DNA of 64,000 nucleotides from Minisyncoccota bacterium (GTDB lineage Bacteria; Patescibacteriota; Minisyncoccia; Phycocordibacterales; UBA5272): NCBI GenBank assembly GCA_046350775.1, contig JAXLZS010000001.1, positions 22,353 to 86,352 of the forward strand, read 5' to 3'. Shown piece by piece: positions 32,936 to 42,725 of this stretch (position 1 is its first letter; each line of letters starts with the position of its first letter). The notes under the pieces were generated by a model. It saw only the letters and a program-made list of their open reading frames with translations, ran no database searches and was not told where the DNA came from. The position numbers and the translations under genes were made by a program.

Positions 32936-33954
32936 ATATTGCTCACAAAGATATAACTTTCGTAGTCCAAGGTACTATCATTGGTAGATTTGATGATGAG
33001 ATAAAAGATAGATATACATTTTTATGTTTAAAAAGTATTAGAGAATATTTTCCATCTTCTTTTATTATTTTATCGACGTGGAAAGGGTCGGATGTGAGAG
33101 GATTAGATTTTGATTTGTTGGTCGAAAGTAATGATCCTGGTGTAAGTATATTAGGTGATTTTTCTAAAAATGGTTTTAGACAAATAGTCTCTAGTCTTGA
33201 AGGAATAAAAGGAGCGTATACGAAATATTCTGTTAAAGTTAGAAGTGACTTAATTTTTAAAAGTTCTAATTTTTTGAAATATTTTGAAAAATATAGTCAA
33301 TTTCCATATAATTATGATTATAAATTAGTGGAAAAAAGAGTGGTCATGTTGACTACTTGCAATCCAAAAAGGAGATTCAAATTTCCCTATAATGCAGCAG
33401 ATTGGTTTTATTTTGGGTTAACAAAGGATTTATTAGATATTTTTAATGTAGATTTAGTGAGTGGTGATTATGTTTGTAGACACGAATATGATAATCAGAA
33501 AAAAAAATGTATATCTCCGTATTCTTCAGAACAATATATTTGGTTTAACTTTCTATCTAAATACAAAAAAATTAACTTTAAAAATTTAAGGGATATTTCT
33601 AATAATAATATTGAAGAATCGGAAAAATATTTTGCCAACAACACTATATTATTGACAGCTAAGATGGCGGGGTTAGATTGGCTAAAATATCCAGGTGCAG
33701 CCTATGCTCAGATTCCATGCCTGAGTAATACAGGCCTATACACATTCACTGAATACAGAGAAATGCTTAAAAAATATACGCCTAGCAAATTATTTATTTT
33801 TCCAAATATAATGGAAAGATTTGTCTATTTTATGGTTTACAATTTGAGATTCTTAATAAAAAGTCGAAATAAAAAAATATATAAAATAATTTCTTATATT
33901 TTAAACCGTGAAAATCATGAGAGGCTGAAAAAAAATAATATAGAGACATATTAA
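32932..33954 (+). CDS. Unknown-family protein, paralog B
   Basis: 340 aa; paralog of 29259..30311 (same conserved blocks); translationally coupled to the upstream nucleotidyltransferase (ATGA overlap at 32932-32935). Confidence 0.6.
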   Translation: MNIAHKDITFVVQGTIIGRFDDEIKDRYTFLCLKSIREYFPSSFIILSTWKGSDVRGLDFDLLVESNDPGVSILGDFSKNGFRQIVSSLEGIKGAYTKYSVKVRSDLIFKSSNFLKYFEKYSQFPYNYDYKLVEKRVVMLTTCNPKRRFKFPYNAADWFYFGLTKDLLDIFNVDLVSGDYVCRHEYDNQKKKCISPYSSEQYIWFNFLSKYKKINFKNLRDISNNNIEESEKYFANNTILLTAKMAGLDWLKYPGAAYAQIPCLSNTGLYTFTEYREMLKKYTPSKLFIFPNIMERFVYFMVYNLRFLIKSRNKKIYKIISYILNRENHERLKKNNIETY

Positions 33955-33955
33955 A

Positions 33956-35053
33956 CTACTCACAAGTCTCTTTCCATAGCTCTATAAGTTTTTTATCCAT
34001 ATTATCCTTAGTTAGGTCTTTAACCGAGTCTTTTATTATTTTAGTATCAAACACATCTTTATTTTTGTATGATTCTAGTAATAGATTGTAAATATCTTCT
34101 TTTGAAAATCCTTTTGCTATAAAGCCCGTCTTTCCATAGATAATAAGTTCTGTGCCGCCTCCAAATGGAGTTGCTAAAAATGGTGTACCATAAGACAGAG
34201 ACTCTCTCACTGACATGTTAAACCCTTCAAATAGTGAAGGTAAAATAGTAAAGTTTGCTTTCGTGTATTCATTCGGCATATTTTGAGACCATCCAGGCAG
34301 AGATATATAATTTACAGCATCATTTTCTTTTACTATTCTAGCTAATTCCTCTTTAAGAGTCCCCATGCCGACAATCTTCAATTCAGTGTCTTTGTGTATT
34401 TTATGGAATTCTATAAAAGCTTCTATTAAGTTTGTTAGATTTTTTCCTTCATCATATCGAGCTGGGCATAGATATAATAAGCCATTATTGTTTTTTTCTG
34501 AATCTATTTTTATATAAGAAAAATCTGCTATCTCAATTATATTTTTTATGAGCTTTTTAGGATACATTTTTTTTAATTTTTGTTCGGTATTTTTTGAGAC
34601 GGTTCTTATTGAGTTCGCAAAGGGAAAAGTTATTTGGGATATTAAAAGGTAAAGACGGTGCCTTTTTTTACTCATTAAGAAATTTTTAGAGTATAAATCA
34701 GTGTGTATTTGTATTTGTAAAGGCATTTGTAGGCAGAACTTAAAAATGATTCCTAGTATACCAAGATCAAATGGATTGCCGGCCGTTATGACGCTTTTTG
34801 TATTATTATTTAACTCACGCTTGATTTCTTTTACGATTTTTTTTATATAGAAAATAGATTTTAATCGCGGCACTTCTATAAAAAGAATATTTTCAACTTT
34901 CTCCACATCATATTTAGATCTTTGAAAATTTATCAAGATAAATTTTTCCAATTTTTCAGCTTGGCTTTGGAGATTTCTGCTTGGTACAGAATTATGATTT
35001 AAAAATGTAGAGGCAGCTGATAGAGATATTATTTGTAAGTTTTCTTTTTTCAT
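33956..35053 (-). CDS. Glycosyltransferase family 4 (GT-B)
   Basis: C-terminal E-x7-E region LPSLFEGFNMSVRESLSYGTPFLATPFGGGTELI. Confidence 0.8.
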   Translation of the reverse strand: MKKENLQIISLSAASTFLNHNSVPSRNLQSQAEKLEKFILINFQRSKYDVEKVENILFIEVPRLKSIFYIKKIVKEIKRELNNNTKSVITAGNPFDLGILGIIFKFCLQMPLQIQIHTDLYSKNFLMSKKRHRLYLLISQITFPFANSIRTVSKNTEQKLKKMYPKKLIKNIIEIADFSYIKIDSEKNNNGLLYLCPARYDEGKNLTNLIEAFIEFHKIHKDTELKIVGMGTLKEELARIVKENDAVNYISLPGWSQNMPNEYTKANFTILPSLFEGFNMSVRESLSYGTPFLATPFGGGTELIIYGKTGFIAKGFSKEDIYNLLLESYKNKDVFDTKIIKDSVKDLTKDNMDKKLIELWKETCE

Positions 35054-35057
35054 ATTT

Positions 35058-36203
35058 TTATTTAATTATTTCTTCTATCCACTTTCTCCATCCAAGATCT
35101 TGTTGTGATTCTATAATATTTCTAGAGAGATATTCATATTTGTCTTCATTTAAAATTTCCACCATTTTTTCCGAAAAAGCCGCTGGAGAGATTTCTCTTG
35201 ATATTAGAGCTATAGCCTTTTCTTTGGTTTTTACTTTACATTGTTCTAATAGTCCAGTAACAGGCGTTATTATACAAGGCATGCCTTTATTTATAGCTAT
35301 AGCTATAACACCAGATTGGCTTGCTTCAATATAAGGAAGAACACAAACATCACTTCTCCCCCAAATTTTTGAGATATCTTTTTCTTCTATATATTTATTT
35401 ATGAGGTCTATATTTTTATCTTTTTCATTTATCTCATTTATCAATAATACATCTTCATCTTCTATTTGTCCTTCTCCAGCAATAATTACTTTATATTTTT
35501 TATTGAACTCTTTCATTTTTGTGTCAAATATCTTTATTGCTTGTAAGAATAAATTTAGTCCTTTATACTTAATCATTCTACCAAAGAATAAAAATGTCGG
35601 AATATTACCAAGTTTTCTTGTTTCAGAAATTTTACCAAAGTCATACATAGGGTGTTCTAATATAACAATCTGTTTATTTGGCCATCTTTTTTGAATTGTA
35701 CTTTTAACATTGTCACTTAGGGTGATTATTTTATTTGAAAGTAAAATTTCTATTTGCATTATCAGATACTGTAATCGAGAGTTTTTTTCTCCAGGATGAA
35801 CATTAGCATCATGACTGACATAAAAAATTTTAGATCTTGGTGATAAGATTTTTATGAGAATCATAAAAAAAGGATTCCAAACATGAGTCATGAGAAAAAC
35901 AAATCTTTCTTTTTCTTTTTTCTTTTTTTTAATTATTTTTATACTTTTAATTATAAAATTTGGTAGCTTTAGGATTGTTTCGCTTAATGTTAATGGTGTC
36001 GTCAACATGTAAGAATCTTTTTTGGCCTCTAATATTCCTTCTTTTAATAAGTTAGAATCTGATATTAAAAGTCTAAAACAATCAATTTTATCTAGATTGT
36101 CTTCAACCGCTTTTGTAAAATCAAATGTAAATTTAGCTAAAGATTTTCCGAGATATATTAAAAAAAGTGATTTTTTATTAGTTTGAGACGTATTATTTTT
36201 CAT
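35058..36203 (-). CDS. Glycosyltransferase, GT4-like
   Basis: GT-B C-terminal domain CVLPYIEASQSGVIAIAINKGMPCIITPVTGLLEQ. Confidence 0.7.
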   Translation of the reverse strand: MKNNTSQTNKKSLFLIYLGKSLAKFTFDFTKAVEDNLDKIDCFRLLISDSNLLKEGILEAKKDSYMLTTPLTLSETILKLPNFIIKSIKIIKKKKKEKERFVFLMTHVWNPFFMILIKILSPRSKIFYVSHDANVHPGEKNSRLQYLIMQIEILLSNKIITLSDNVKSTIQKRWPNKQIVILEHPMYDFGKISETRKLGNIPTFLFFGRMIKYKGLNLFLQAIKIFDTKMKEFNKKYKVIIAGEGQIEDEDVLLINEINEKDKNIDLINKYIEEKDISKIWGRSDVCVLPYIEASQSGVIAIAINKGMPCIITPVTGLLEQCKVKTKEKAIALISREISPAAFSEKMVEILNEDKYEYLSRNIIESQQDLGWRKWIEEIIK

Positions 36204-36272
36204 AAAATAATAGAAATATTATATATTAATTTTAGCATAGCTCTTGATTTTGTGCTATACTTTGCTTTAATT

Positions 36273-36977
36273 ATGAAAGACTATACAGATTTTTATAAAA
36301 ATGGTGAATATTTCAAAAACAATCCGGGTTGGCACGAAGAGGACTCAGAATTTAAGTCTAAAAAGATTATTGAAATGCTTGAGAAAAATAAACTAATTCC
36401 GACTTCTGTTGCTGAAGTGGGATGTGGATTTGGAGAGATATCTAATATTCTTTCAAAGAGATATGATAATGTTCAAGTATCTGGTTTTGATATTTCAGAG
36501 CAAGTGATAAATATTGCCAAGAAAAAAGAATCACACAATCTTCATTTTTTTAATGAAGACATAATAAGTTCTGAGAGAAGCTTTGATTTGATAATCATGG
36601 CGGATGTTTTTGAGCATGTTAGAGATTATATAGGGTTTATAGATGAGGTTTCTAAACATTCCAGATATTCCGTTTTCCATATTCCACTAGATATTTCTAT
36701 ACAAAAAATTCTTTTTCCTTCGAGAATAATAAAAAATAGGAAAGAAGTCGGACATCTTCATTATTTTATAAAAGAGACAGCTTTAGAGACATTAAAAGAT
36801 TGTGATCTAGAGATCTTGGATTGTAAGTATACTAGATGGGGAATAGAGATGAAACAGAAATCGCTATTAAAAAAAATAGGTAAATTGCCATTAATATTAT
36901 TAGATTTTTTTAGTACAGATTTAGCCGCAAAGATTTTGGGCGGTAACTCATTATTGGTATTGACTAAGAAAAAATAA
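36273..36977 (+). CDS. Class I SAM-dependent methyltransferase
   Basis: Motif I VAEVGCGFGEISNIL, acidic motif II GFDIS, and motif III/post-I LIIMADVFEHV. ATG at 36273 preferred over the TTG-extended 36183. Confidence 0.8.
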   Translation: MKDYTDFYKNGEYFKNNPGWHEEDSEFKSKKIIEMLEKNKLIPTSVAEVGCGFGEISNILSKRYDNVQVSGFDISEQVINIAKKKESHNLHFFNEDIISSERSFDLIIMADVFEHVRDYIGFIDEVSKHSRYSVFHIPLDISIQKILFPSRIIKNRKEVGHLHYFIKETALETLKDCDLEILDCKYTRWGIEMKQKSLLKKIGKLPLILLDFFSTDLAAKILGGNSLLVLTKKK

Positions 36978-36986
36978 ATATATTTT

Positions 36987-38351
36987 TTATAATCCTGTCT
37001 TTCCTATTAAAGTCTTAACAGTTTTAATCATTAGAGATAGATCTAGTAAGACAGATCTGTGCTTTAGATAATAGACGTCATAAGAAAGTTTTAATTTTGT
37101 ACCATCAGTAGCTAGTCCAAATTTTGGTACAGATTTAGGATCTTGATAGATTTGTGCATATCCAGAAAGTCCTGGAGTGATGGTGTGACGAATGCCATAA
37201 AAAGGGATCTGATTTGAGTATTCAATAACTAATTTTGGCAGCTCTGGTCTAGGGCCAATTAAAGATACTTCTCCTTTTACTACATTTATCAGTTGTGGTA
37301 ATTCGTCTATTCTGGTCTTTCTTATAAACTCTCCAAATTTTGTGACTCTAGAAGATTCATTCTTACTAGCCACATCTATATCTTCATTTTTTAAATCCGT
37401 CATACTTCTAAATTTGTAAAGTTTAAAAGGTTTGTTATCTTTACCAATTCTTTCTGAAATAAAAAACAAACTTCCTCCGTCTTGGATTTTTAAAAATATA
37501 AATACTATGGGATAAAATATTAAAGATATTAAAAATACTGGTACAGATAATATTAAATCCAAAACTCTTTTTGTTTTGATATAAAATTTATTTTGTTTAT
37601 TATAGAGATTGTTGAAGAACCAACCAGCATCAATATTCTCAAGAGGGATTTTTCCTAATACTTCCTCATAAAGATCTGCAAAATTAATCACATTTATGTT
37701 TTCCAAAAATAATTCATAAAATAACGCTATATCGTTTTTTACATATTGGTGATGCATATTTATGGCCAACATGTTGAATTGTCCTTCTCTGATTTTTTGT
37801 TTTATTTTAGTGAAGAGATCTAGATCTCTATAAATTGATAAATCTATAAAATCAACCTTTTTTGTATTTAAAATTTTGTTATTATCTAATTCTTCTTTTA
37901 GCTCCATCAATTCTGATCCAGACGCTACAAGTAATACTTTATTGTCTAAGCCAGATTTTATAAAAATTCTAGCGTATTTTCTCCAGACAAAAATCATAAA
38001 GCTAGCCACTAATATATATATCAAAAGGATAGTCTTTGGGGCGATATTAAAATATGATGAAGAATAAAAAATTATAGACCCAAATACTGCAGATAGTATA
38101 AGACTAGATATGATTCTCTTGTTTAGCTCGTTATAGATTTTGACAGTCATCTTGTCATACAATCCATACATGTAAAAGATAATGATCGTGGGTATGGTTA
38201 TAATTAAAAATGGATAAAAAACCATTAAGAAATCTTGGTAGCTTAAAAGATTTAAATTTCTCAAAGATAAAGATAGATAAAGTGAAAAACCCAGGATTGC
38301 GAAATCTATAATAGCTACCAGCACCCTTTTTGTCATTCTGCTTGAAATCAT
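36987..38351 (-). CDS. Polyprenyl-phosphate sugar phosphotransferase (WbaP/bacterial sugar transferase family), priming enzyme
   Basis: N-terminal TM helices; C-terminal Bac_transf domain KLYKFRSMT...RVTKFGEFIRKTRIDELPQLINVVKGEVSLIGPRPE. Confidence 0.85.
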   Translation of the reverse strand: MISSRMTKRVLVAIIDFAILGFSLYLSLSLRNLNLLSYQDFLMVFYPFLIITIPTIIIFYMYGLYDKMTVKIYNELNKRIISSLILSAVFGSIIFYSSSYFNIAPKTILLIYILVASFMIFVWRKYARIFIKSGLDNKVLLVASGSELMELKEELDNNKILNTKKVDFIDLSIYRDLDLFTKIKQKIREGQFNMLAINMHHQYVKNDIALFYELFLENINVINFADLYEEVLGKIPLENIDAGWFFNNLYNKQNKFYIKTKRVLDLILSVPVFLISLIFYPIVFIFLKIQDGGSLFFISERIGKDNKPFKLYKFRSMTDLKNEDIDVASKNESSRVTKFGEFIRKTRIDELPQLINVVKGEVSLIGPRPELPKLVIEYSNQIPFYGIRHTITPGLSGYAQIYQDPKSVPKFGLATDGTKLKLSYDVYYLKHRSVLLDLSLMIKTVKTLIGKTGL

Positions 38352-38408
38352 ATATAATAATTATACCTTTTATTTAGAAAAATAAAAGCCTTAAATTTTA
38401 ATAAAAAT

Positions 38409-39503
38409 ATGAAGATTTTATACGTCATTACCAAGAGTAATTGGGGCGGAGCTCAAAAATATGTTTTTGATTTAGCTTTAGCTATGAAAAATAAAAATAA
38501 TGATGTCTCGGTGGCTTTTGGGGGTAATGGAATTCTATCTGAAAGATTGAAAACTTTAAATATAAAGACAATAGAAATAGAAAATCTAGGAAGAGACGTT
38601 GATATTTTAAAAGAATTTTCTGTTTTCAAAGATTTGTATAAAATTTTTAAAAAAGAAAAACCAGATCTGGTGCATCTTAATAGTTCAAAGATAGGTGCAC
38701 TAGGAGCACTTGTTGGTAGATTGGCCGGAATAAAAAAGATAGTCTATACAGCCCATGGATTTCCTTTTCGTGAAGAAAGACCTTTTTGGCAGATACTTTT
38801 GATTAAATTTATTTCCTGGCTGACTATAATTTTCTCGCACGAGACTATCTGTGTCTCGCAAAAAGATTTTGATGATGTAAAAGATTGGCCGTTTGTATCC
38901 GATAAATTAAAAGTCATACACAATGGTATAGAGATAAAAGATTTTATAAAAAAAGAAGAGGCTGAAGATTTTGTGCGGATAGTATCTATTGGTGAGCTGC
39001 ATAAAAATAAAGGATTTGAATATGCTATAAAAGCTATAAATATTTTAAAAGACAGAATTCAAAATTTTAAATATACGATCTTATCTTTTGGCGGAGAGGA
39101 AGAAAATAATTTAAAATCCTTAATACGCGATCTACATCTCGAAAATTTTGTAGAGATAGATATAAATAAAAATAATCATTCTGAAATGTTAAAAGATTTT
39201 GACATTTATTTTATGCCTAGTGTAAAAGAAGGTTTACCTTATGTTTTACTAGAGGCTGGCACACATTTTTTACCGGTAGTAGCTAGTGATACCGGAGGCG
39301 TAAATGAGATTATAGAAAATAATAAAAATGGATTTTTATTTTTATCAAAAGATATAAACGCTTTTGCGCTTGGTCTTGAAAAATTAATCAGAGATAAAGA
39401 TTTGAGAAAGGTTTTTGCTCAAGAAAATTGTAAAGTAATAATAGAAAAATTTGATATATTAAAAATGATAGAAAATACTAATTCTTTATATATAAAATCC
39501 TAG
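38409..39503 (+). CDS. Glycosyltransferase family 4
   Basis: N-terminal NWGGAQKYVFDLA; C-terminal EGLPYVLLEAGTHFLPVVASDTGG (E-x7-E). Confidence 0.8.
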   Translation: MKILYVITKSNWGGAQKYVFDLALAMKNKNNDVSVAFGGNGILSERLKTLNIKTIEIENLGRDVDILKEFSVFKDLYKIFKKEKPDLVHLNSSKIGALGALVGRLAGIKKIVYTAHGFPFREERPFWQILLIKFISWLTIIFSHETICVSQKDFDDVKDWPFVSDKLKVIHNGIEIKDFIKKEEAEDFVRIVSIGELHKNKGFEYAIKAINILKDRIQNFKYTILSFGGEEENNLKSLIRDLHLENFVEIDINKNNHSEMLKDFDIYFMPSVKEGLPYVLLEAGTHFLPVVASDTGGVNEIIENNKNGFLFLSKDINAFALGLEKLIRDKDLRKVFAQENCKVIIEKFDILKMIENTNSLYIKS

Positions 39504-39695
39504 AAATTTAATACTTGCAAAATATCTATTTTTTTGTATAATATCTTCCTGTCCTGATAGATCGTTTATAGTTCACTATTCTCACTATTCATAAAACCCA
39601 CTCAAGCGCCAAAGCTATAAAGGTTTTGATCGACAGCCCCGCTCCCGGGGTTTTTCTTTTGTCTAAGTTTGTTTTTTGTGATATTATTTAAAAAA

Positions 39696-39769
39696 GGGCT
39701 TATAGTTCAGTGGTAGAATAGCGGTCTCCAAAACCGTTGACCGAGGTTCGAATCCTCGTGGGCCCGCCA
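39696..39769 (+). tRNA. tRNA-Trp (anticodon CCA), CCA encoded
   Basis: Cloverleaf: gggctta / D-arm / gcggt-ctccaaa-accgt (CCA anticodon; near-identical arm to E. coli tRNA-Trp) / cgagg-ttcgaat-cctcg / tgggccc-g-cca. Confidence 0.9.
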
Positions 39770-39774
39770 AAATT

Positions 39775-40332
39775 ATGAAAGAAATCATTTTTTGCTCTCA
39801 ATATGTAGATATAAGAAAAGAAGAATGGCGACCAAAAGCTTGCTCTATATCGTCTCTCTGGATGTCTTTAAAATATTTAAAAGAGGATTTTATTTTATCT
39901 CCTGATGAATTATTAGAAGAGGCTATTTCTATAAAAGCTTTTTCAGAAGCTGGATTTTGGCTTCACGATCGTATTTGCCTTTTGGCCCACAATCATGGCT
40001 TGCCAGCTTATAATGAAGAATTTAAAAGTATACCTTTCGGCCAAGAGACAATTTATGCGGAAAGTATTTCTGATTATGGAGTAGAAAAAATTTTTAATTT
40101 TCTAAAAAATAAAGAAGGGTTAGTCATATCTTCTGTGCCAAAAAGTTTTGATGACATAGACAAGCCACACTCTATTTTACTTCACGGTATTTTAGAAAAA
40201 GAAGGTGAAAGATATTTTATATATAATGATAGTGAAAAGCTCAGCAAAGAAGAAGGACAAAATCTTGAAGTAAATTTAAAAGATTTTAAATCTAAATGGC
40301 GTAAATTAGCTATTTTTATAAACAAAATATAA
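39775..40332 (+). CDS. Hypothetical cytoplasmic protein, weak peptidase-C39-like/papain-like features
   Basis: Starts 6 nt after tRNA-Trp. KACSISSLWMSLKYL resembles the Cys box of C39-like domains and SILLHGILEK...YNDS a possible His/Asp region; no signal peptide. Weak. Confidence 0.35.
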   Translation: MKEIIFCSQYVDIRKEEWRPKACSISSLWMSLKYLKEDFILSPDELLEEAISIKAFSEAGFWLHDRICLLAHNHGLPAYNEEFKSIPFGQETIYAESISDYGVEKIFNFLKNKEGLVISSVPKSFDDIDKPHSILLHGILEKEGERYFIYNDSEKLSKEEGQNLEVNLKDFKSKWRKLAIFINKI

Positions 40333-40406
40333 AAATAAAAAATATCCTCTCAAATTCGCACTCCGCTAAAGCGAAAGAATTTTCGGAAACATTTTTTAAT
40401 AATTAA

Positions 40407-40754
40407 TTAAAAATATTTTTTAGAATAATCTTCTATCTTTTTTAAAACTTTGGAAAACTCTTTACCTTTTTGAGTCAAATAATAGTTTGTAGTAGGGGGG
40501 AAAGTTTTCAGATTTTCTTTTTCTATAATTCCTTCTTTTTTGAGAGTTTTTAGATTTTTGGTTAGCGTCTCGTCACAGATATTGCCGATATTAGATTTAA
40601 ACTCAGTAAATCGGACTTTTTTATTAGCTAAAAGAGTCTTGATAATATGTATTGTATAGACATCATGAAATAGCCAAGAGACATTTTCTATTGGACAGGA
40701 TGATTTCTTTTTAGATTTTGTGTCTTTCGTCTTTTTCATATTTTCCACTTGCAA
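40407..40754 (-). CDS. HxlR-family transcriptional regulator
   Basis: CPIENVSWLFHDVYTIHIIKTLLANKKVRFTEFKSNIGNICDETLTKNLKTLKKEGIIEKE (HxlR wHTH); divergent from a nitroreductase gene, the typical pairing. Confidence 0.8.
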   Translation of the reverse strand: MQVENMKKTKDTKSKKKSSCPIENVSWLFHDVYTIHIIKTLLANKKVRFTEFKSNIGNICDETLTKNLKTLKKEGIIEKENLKTFPPTTNYYLTQKGKEFSKVLKKIEDYSKKYF

Positions 40755-40842
40755 TTATTATAACCTTTTGTTAAAATAAATACAATACTCTATTATTTAG
40801 AGTAATATAATTAAAAAACTATAAATAAATTAAAAACACATT

Positions 40843-41469
40843 ATGTCATTTTTAGAAAATTTAAACTGGAGATATGCTACAAAGAAATTTGATAGTACAA
40901 AAAAAGTGAGTGAAGAAAATTTACAAAAAATCAGAGACGCAATCAGACTAGCTCCGACTAGCTTTGGAGTACAGATGTTTTCTGTGGTAGAAGTAACAGA
41001 TACTGAAATTAGAAATAAAATCAAAGAAGCTTCTTATAATCAATCTCAAGTCACAGATTCAGATAGACTTTTTGTCTTTGTGGCTAGAAATGATGGAGAA
41101 GAAAGAGTCGAAAATATGTTTCAAACTATGAGTGGTGGAAATGAGGAAGTGAGAAAGACAGCTCTTGCTGGATATGAAGGAATGGTACGTAATACTGTGT
41201 TGTCTCAAGATAAAGCAAGTCTAGCAAATTGGTCAGCAAAGCAAAGCTATATTGGTCTTGGTTTTGCTTTGGCTGCAGCAGCAGAATTAAAGATAGATTC
41301 TTGTCCAATGGAAGGATTTGATCCGATGAAAGTAAAAGAAATTTTAGGATTAGGTGATGAGTTTATGCCTATCGCTATGCTTCCAGTTGGATACAGAGAT
41401 GAATCAGATACGCATCTTAATAATCCAAAATTCAGATTTCCAGAATCAGAAATTTTTACTAAAGTCTAG
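40843..41469 (+). CDS. NAD(P)H nitroreductase family protein
   Basis: N-terminal LNWRYATKKFD...RLAPTSFGVQMFSVVEV and C-terminal GFDPMKVKEILGL typical of the NfsB/nitroreductase fold. Confidence 0.85.
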   Translation: MSFLENLNWRYATKKFDSTKKVSEENLQKIRDAIRLAPTSFGVQMFSVVEVTDTEIRNKIKEASYNQSQVTDSDRLFVFVARNDGEERVENMFQTMSGGNEEVRKTALAGYEGMVRNTVLSQDKASLANWSAKQSYIGLGFALAAAAELKIDSCPMEGFDPMKVKEILGLGDEFMPIAMLPVGYRDESDTHLNNPKFRFPESEIFTKV

Positions 41470-41526
41470 TATTTTGTCATGGGTTTTATTATGTGATATC
41501 TTTAAGTGATAGAATAATTAAATTTT

Positions 41527-41727
41527 ATGAAAAAAAATATCTTAGTGTTGGGATTGTTATTTATCTCTCTGATCGTGTACACGAAAAATTCTGAAGCTAA
41601 AAAGATTAAAGCAAATATTATTTGTGAGTATCCAGCACCGAAGAAGGGATGTAATTATGTGCCAGGACCCAATTATGATAAGAAGACTAATTGTGGTCTG
41701 ATAATTATGTGTAGTGTAAATAGATAG
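41527..41727 (+). CDS. Small secreted cysteine-rich peptide
   Basis: 66 aa: Sec signal peptide (MKKNILVLGLLFISLIVYTKNSEA), then a 43-aa mature region with 4 Cys (C..C...C..C pattern); own RBS and terminator. Confidence 0.5.
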   Translation: MKKNILVLGLLFISLIVYTKNSEAKKIKANIICEYPAPKKGCNYVPGPNYDKKTNCGLIIMCSVNR

Positions 41728-41749
41728 TATTACAAAATCTAAAAATAAA

Positions 41750-41779
41750 AAGCGGGTCGCAAGACTCGCTTTTTATTTT
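41750..41779 (+). terminator. Intrinsic terminator
   Basis: aagcgggtcgcaagactcgctttttatttt. Confidence 0.5.
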
Positions 41780-41925
41780 GTATATACTTGACATTTATAT
41801 ACAGATATGCTATATTGTATTATAGTTAAACTTGTTCTTTAAAAATAAATGGACAAGTTTTTAATTTTTAAAATAATTAACTCTAAATATAACAATAATA
41901 TTATAAAAAAATAAAAACCTGTAAA

Positions 41926-42621
41926 ATGAAAAAAGTAAAAAGAAACTTCATTAAATTTTTGCTTAATAGCGAAAAAGCTTTTGAGATGTCTATGTACCCA
42001 GTATGTATTTTTGGCGGACTATTCTTCACTTTTGTTTCGGGACTTGCTGTGTACAGAGATCTTTTTGTTCAAGGCAAGTCCTTTGAAGATCCTGAATTTG
42101 TAATCATTTTTCTTTTGTTCATGTCTTGTATTTTTGCGACCTTATATTGTTTCTGGTCATTTAAAAAAGAATTTTTGCCCTGGCTTAAAAAAAGAAAAAT
42201 TGAATACTATTTTGGATTGTTAATGGCTACTTATGACGAATCTGCCAAGATCTATGAATTTCAAAAGATGCTTCATAAAGAGATTGGAAAGTTATATGAT
42301 TTGACCAATCAATCGACTTATTTGGAACTGTATAGATTGTATGCAAATTCTTGGAGGAATCAAGATGCTTTGATTAAACATTTTTATGAAAAAGAAGATT
42401 ATGAATCTTTGGCTAAATATAAAAATGCAGACGCCTGGCTGATCGAGTTTGAAAAAAATAATAATGCAGAGAATTTGAAATCTTCTGTTGACGAGGTGGA
42501 AAAAGAAAAAAAACGATTGGAAAATATCTTGAAAGATTCAGATGTTGAACTAAAAGAAATTAAGGATAGGAGAATTTTTTTTGAGACGGCGCTTAAAAAG
42601 CTAGGAATAGATCTTAAATAG
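41926..42621 (+). CDS. Hypothetical membrane protein with C-terminal coiled coil
   Basis: Two TM helices then a charged helical tail; followed by the terminator acactacccttaataaaggtagtgttttttt (42637-42672). Confidence 0.45.
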   Translation: MKKVKRNFIKFLLNSEKAFEMSMYPVCIFGGLFFTFVSGLAVYRDLFVQGKSFEDPEFVIIFLLFMSCIFATLYCFWSFKKEFLPWLKKRKIEYYFGLLMATYDESAKIYEFQKMLHKEIGKLYDLTNQSTYLELYRLYANSWRNQDALIKHFYEKEDYESLAKYKNADAWLIEFEKNNNAENLKSSVDEVEKEKKRLENILKDSDVELKEIKDRRIFFETALKKLGIDLK

Positions 42622-42725
42622 TCTTTTTCATTCGAACGACACTACCCTTAATAAAGGTAGTGTTTTTTTATTTTTTAATATTAAATGCTATAATCCATAA
42701 AAAAGCAGGCTATTATTTTATATTT

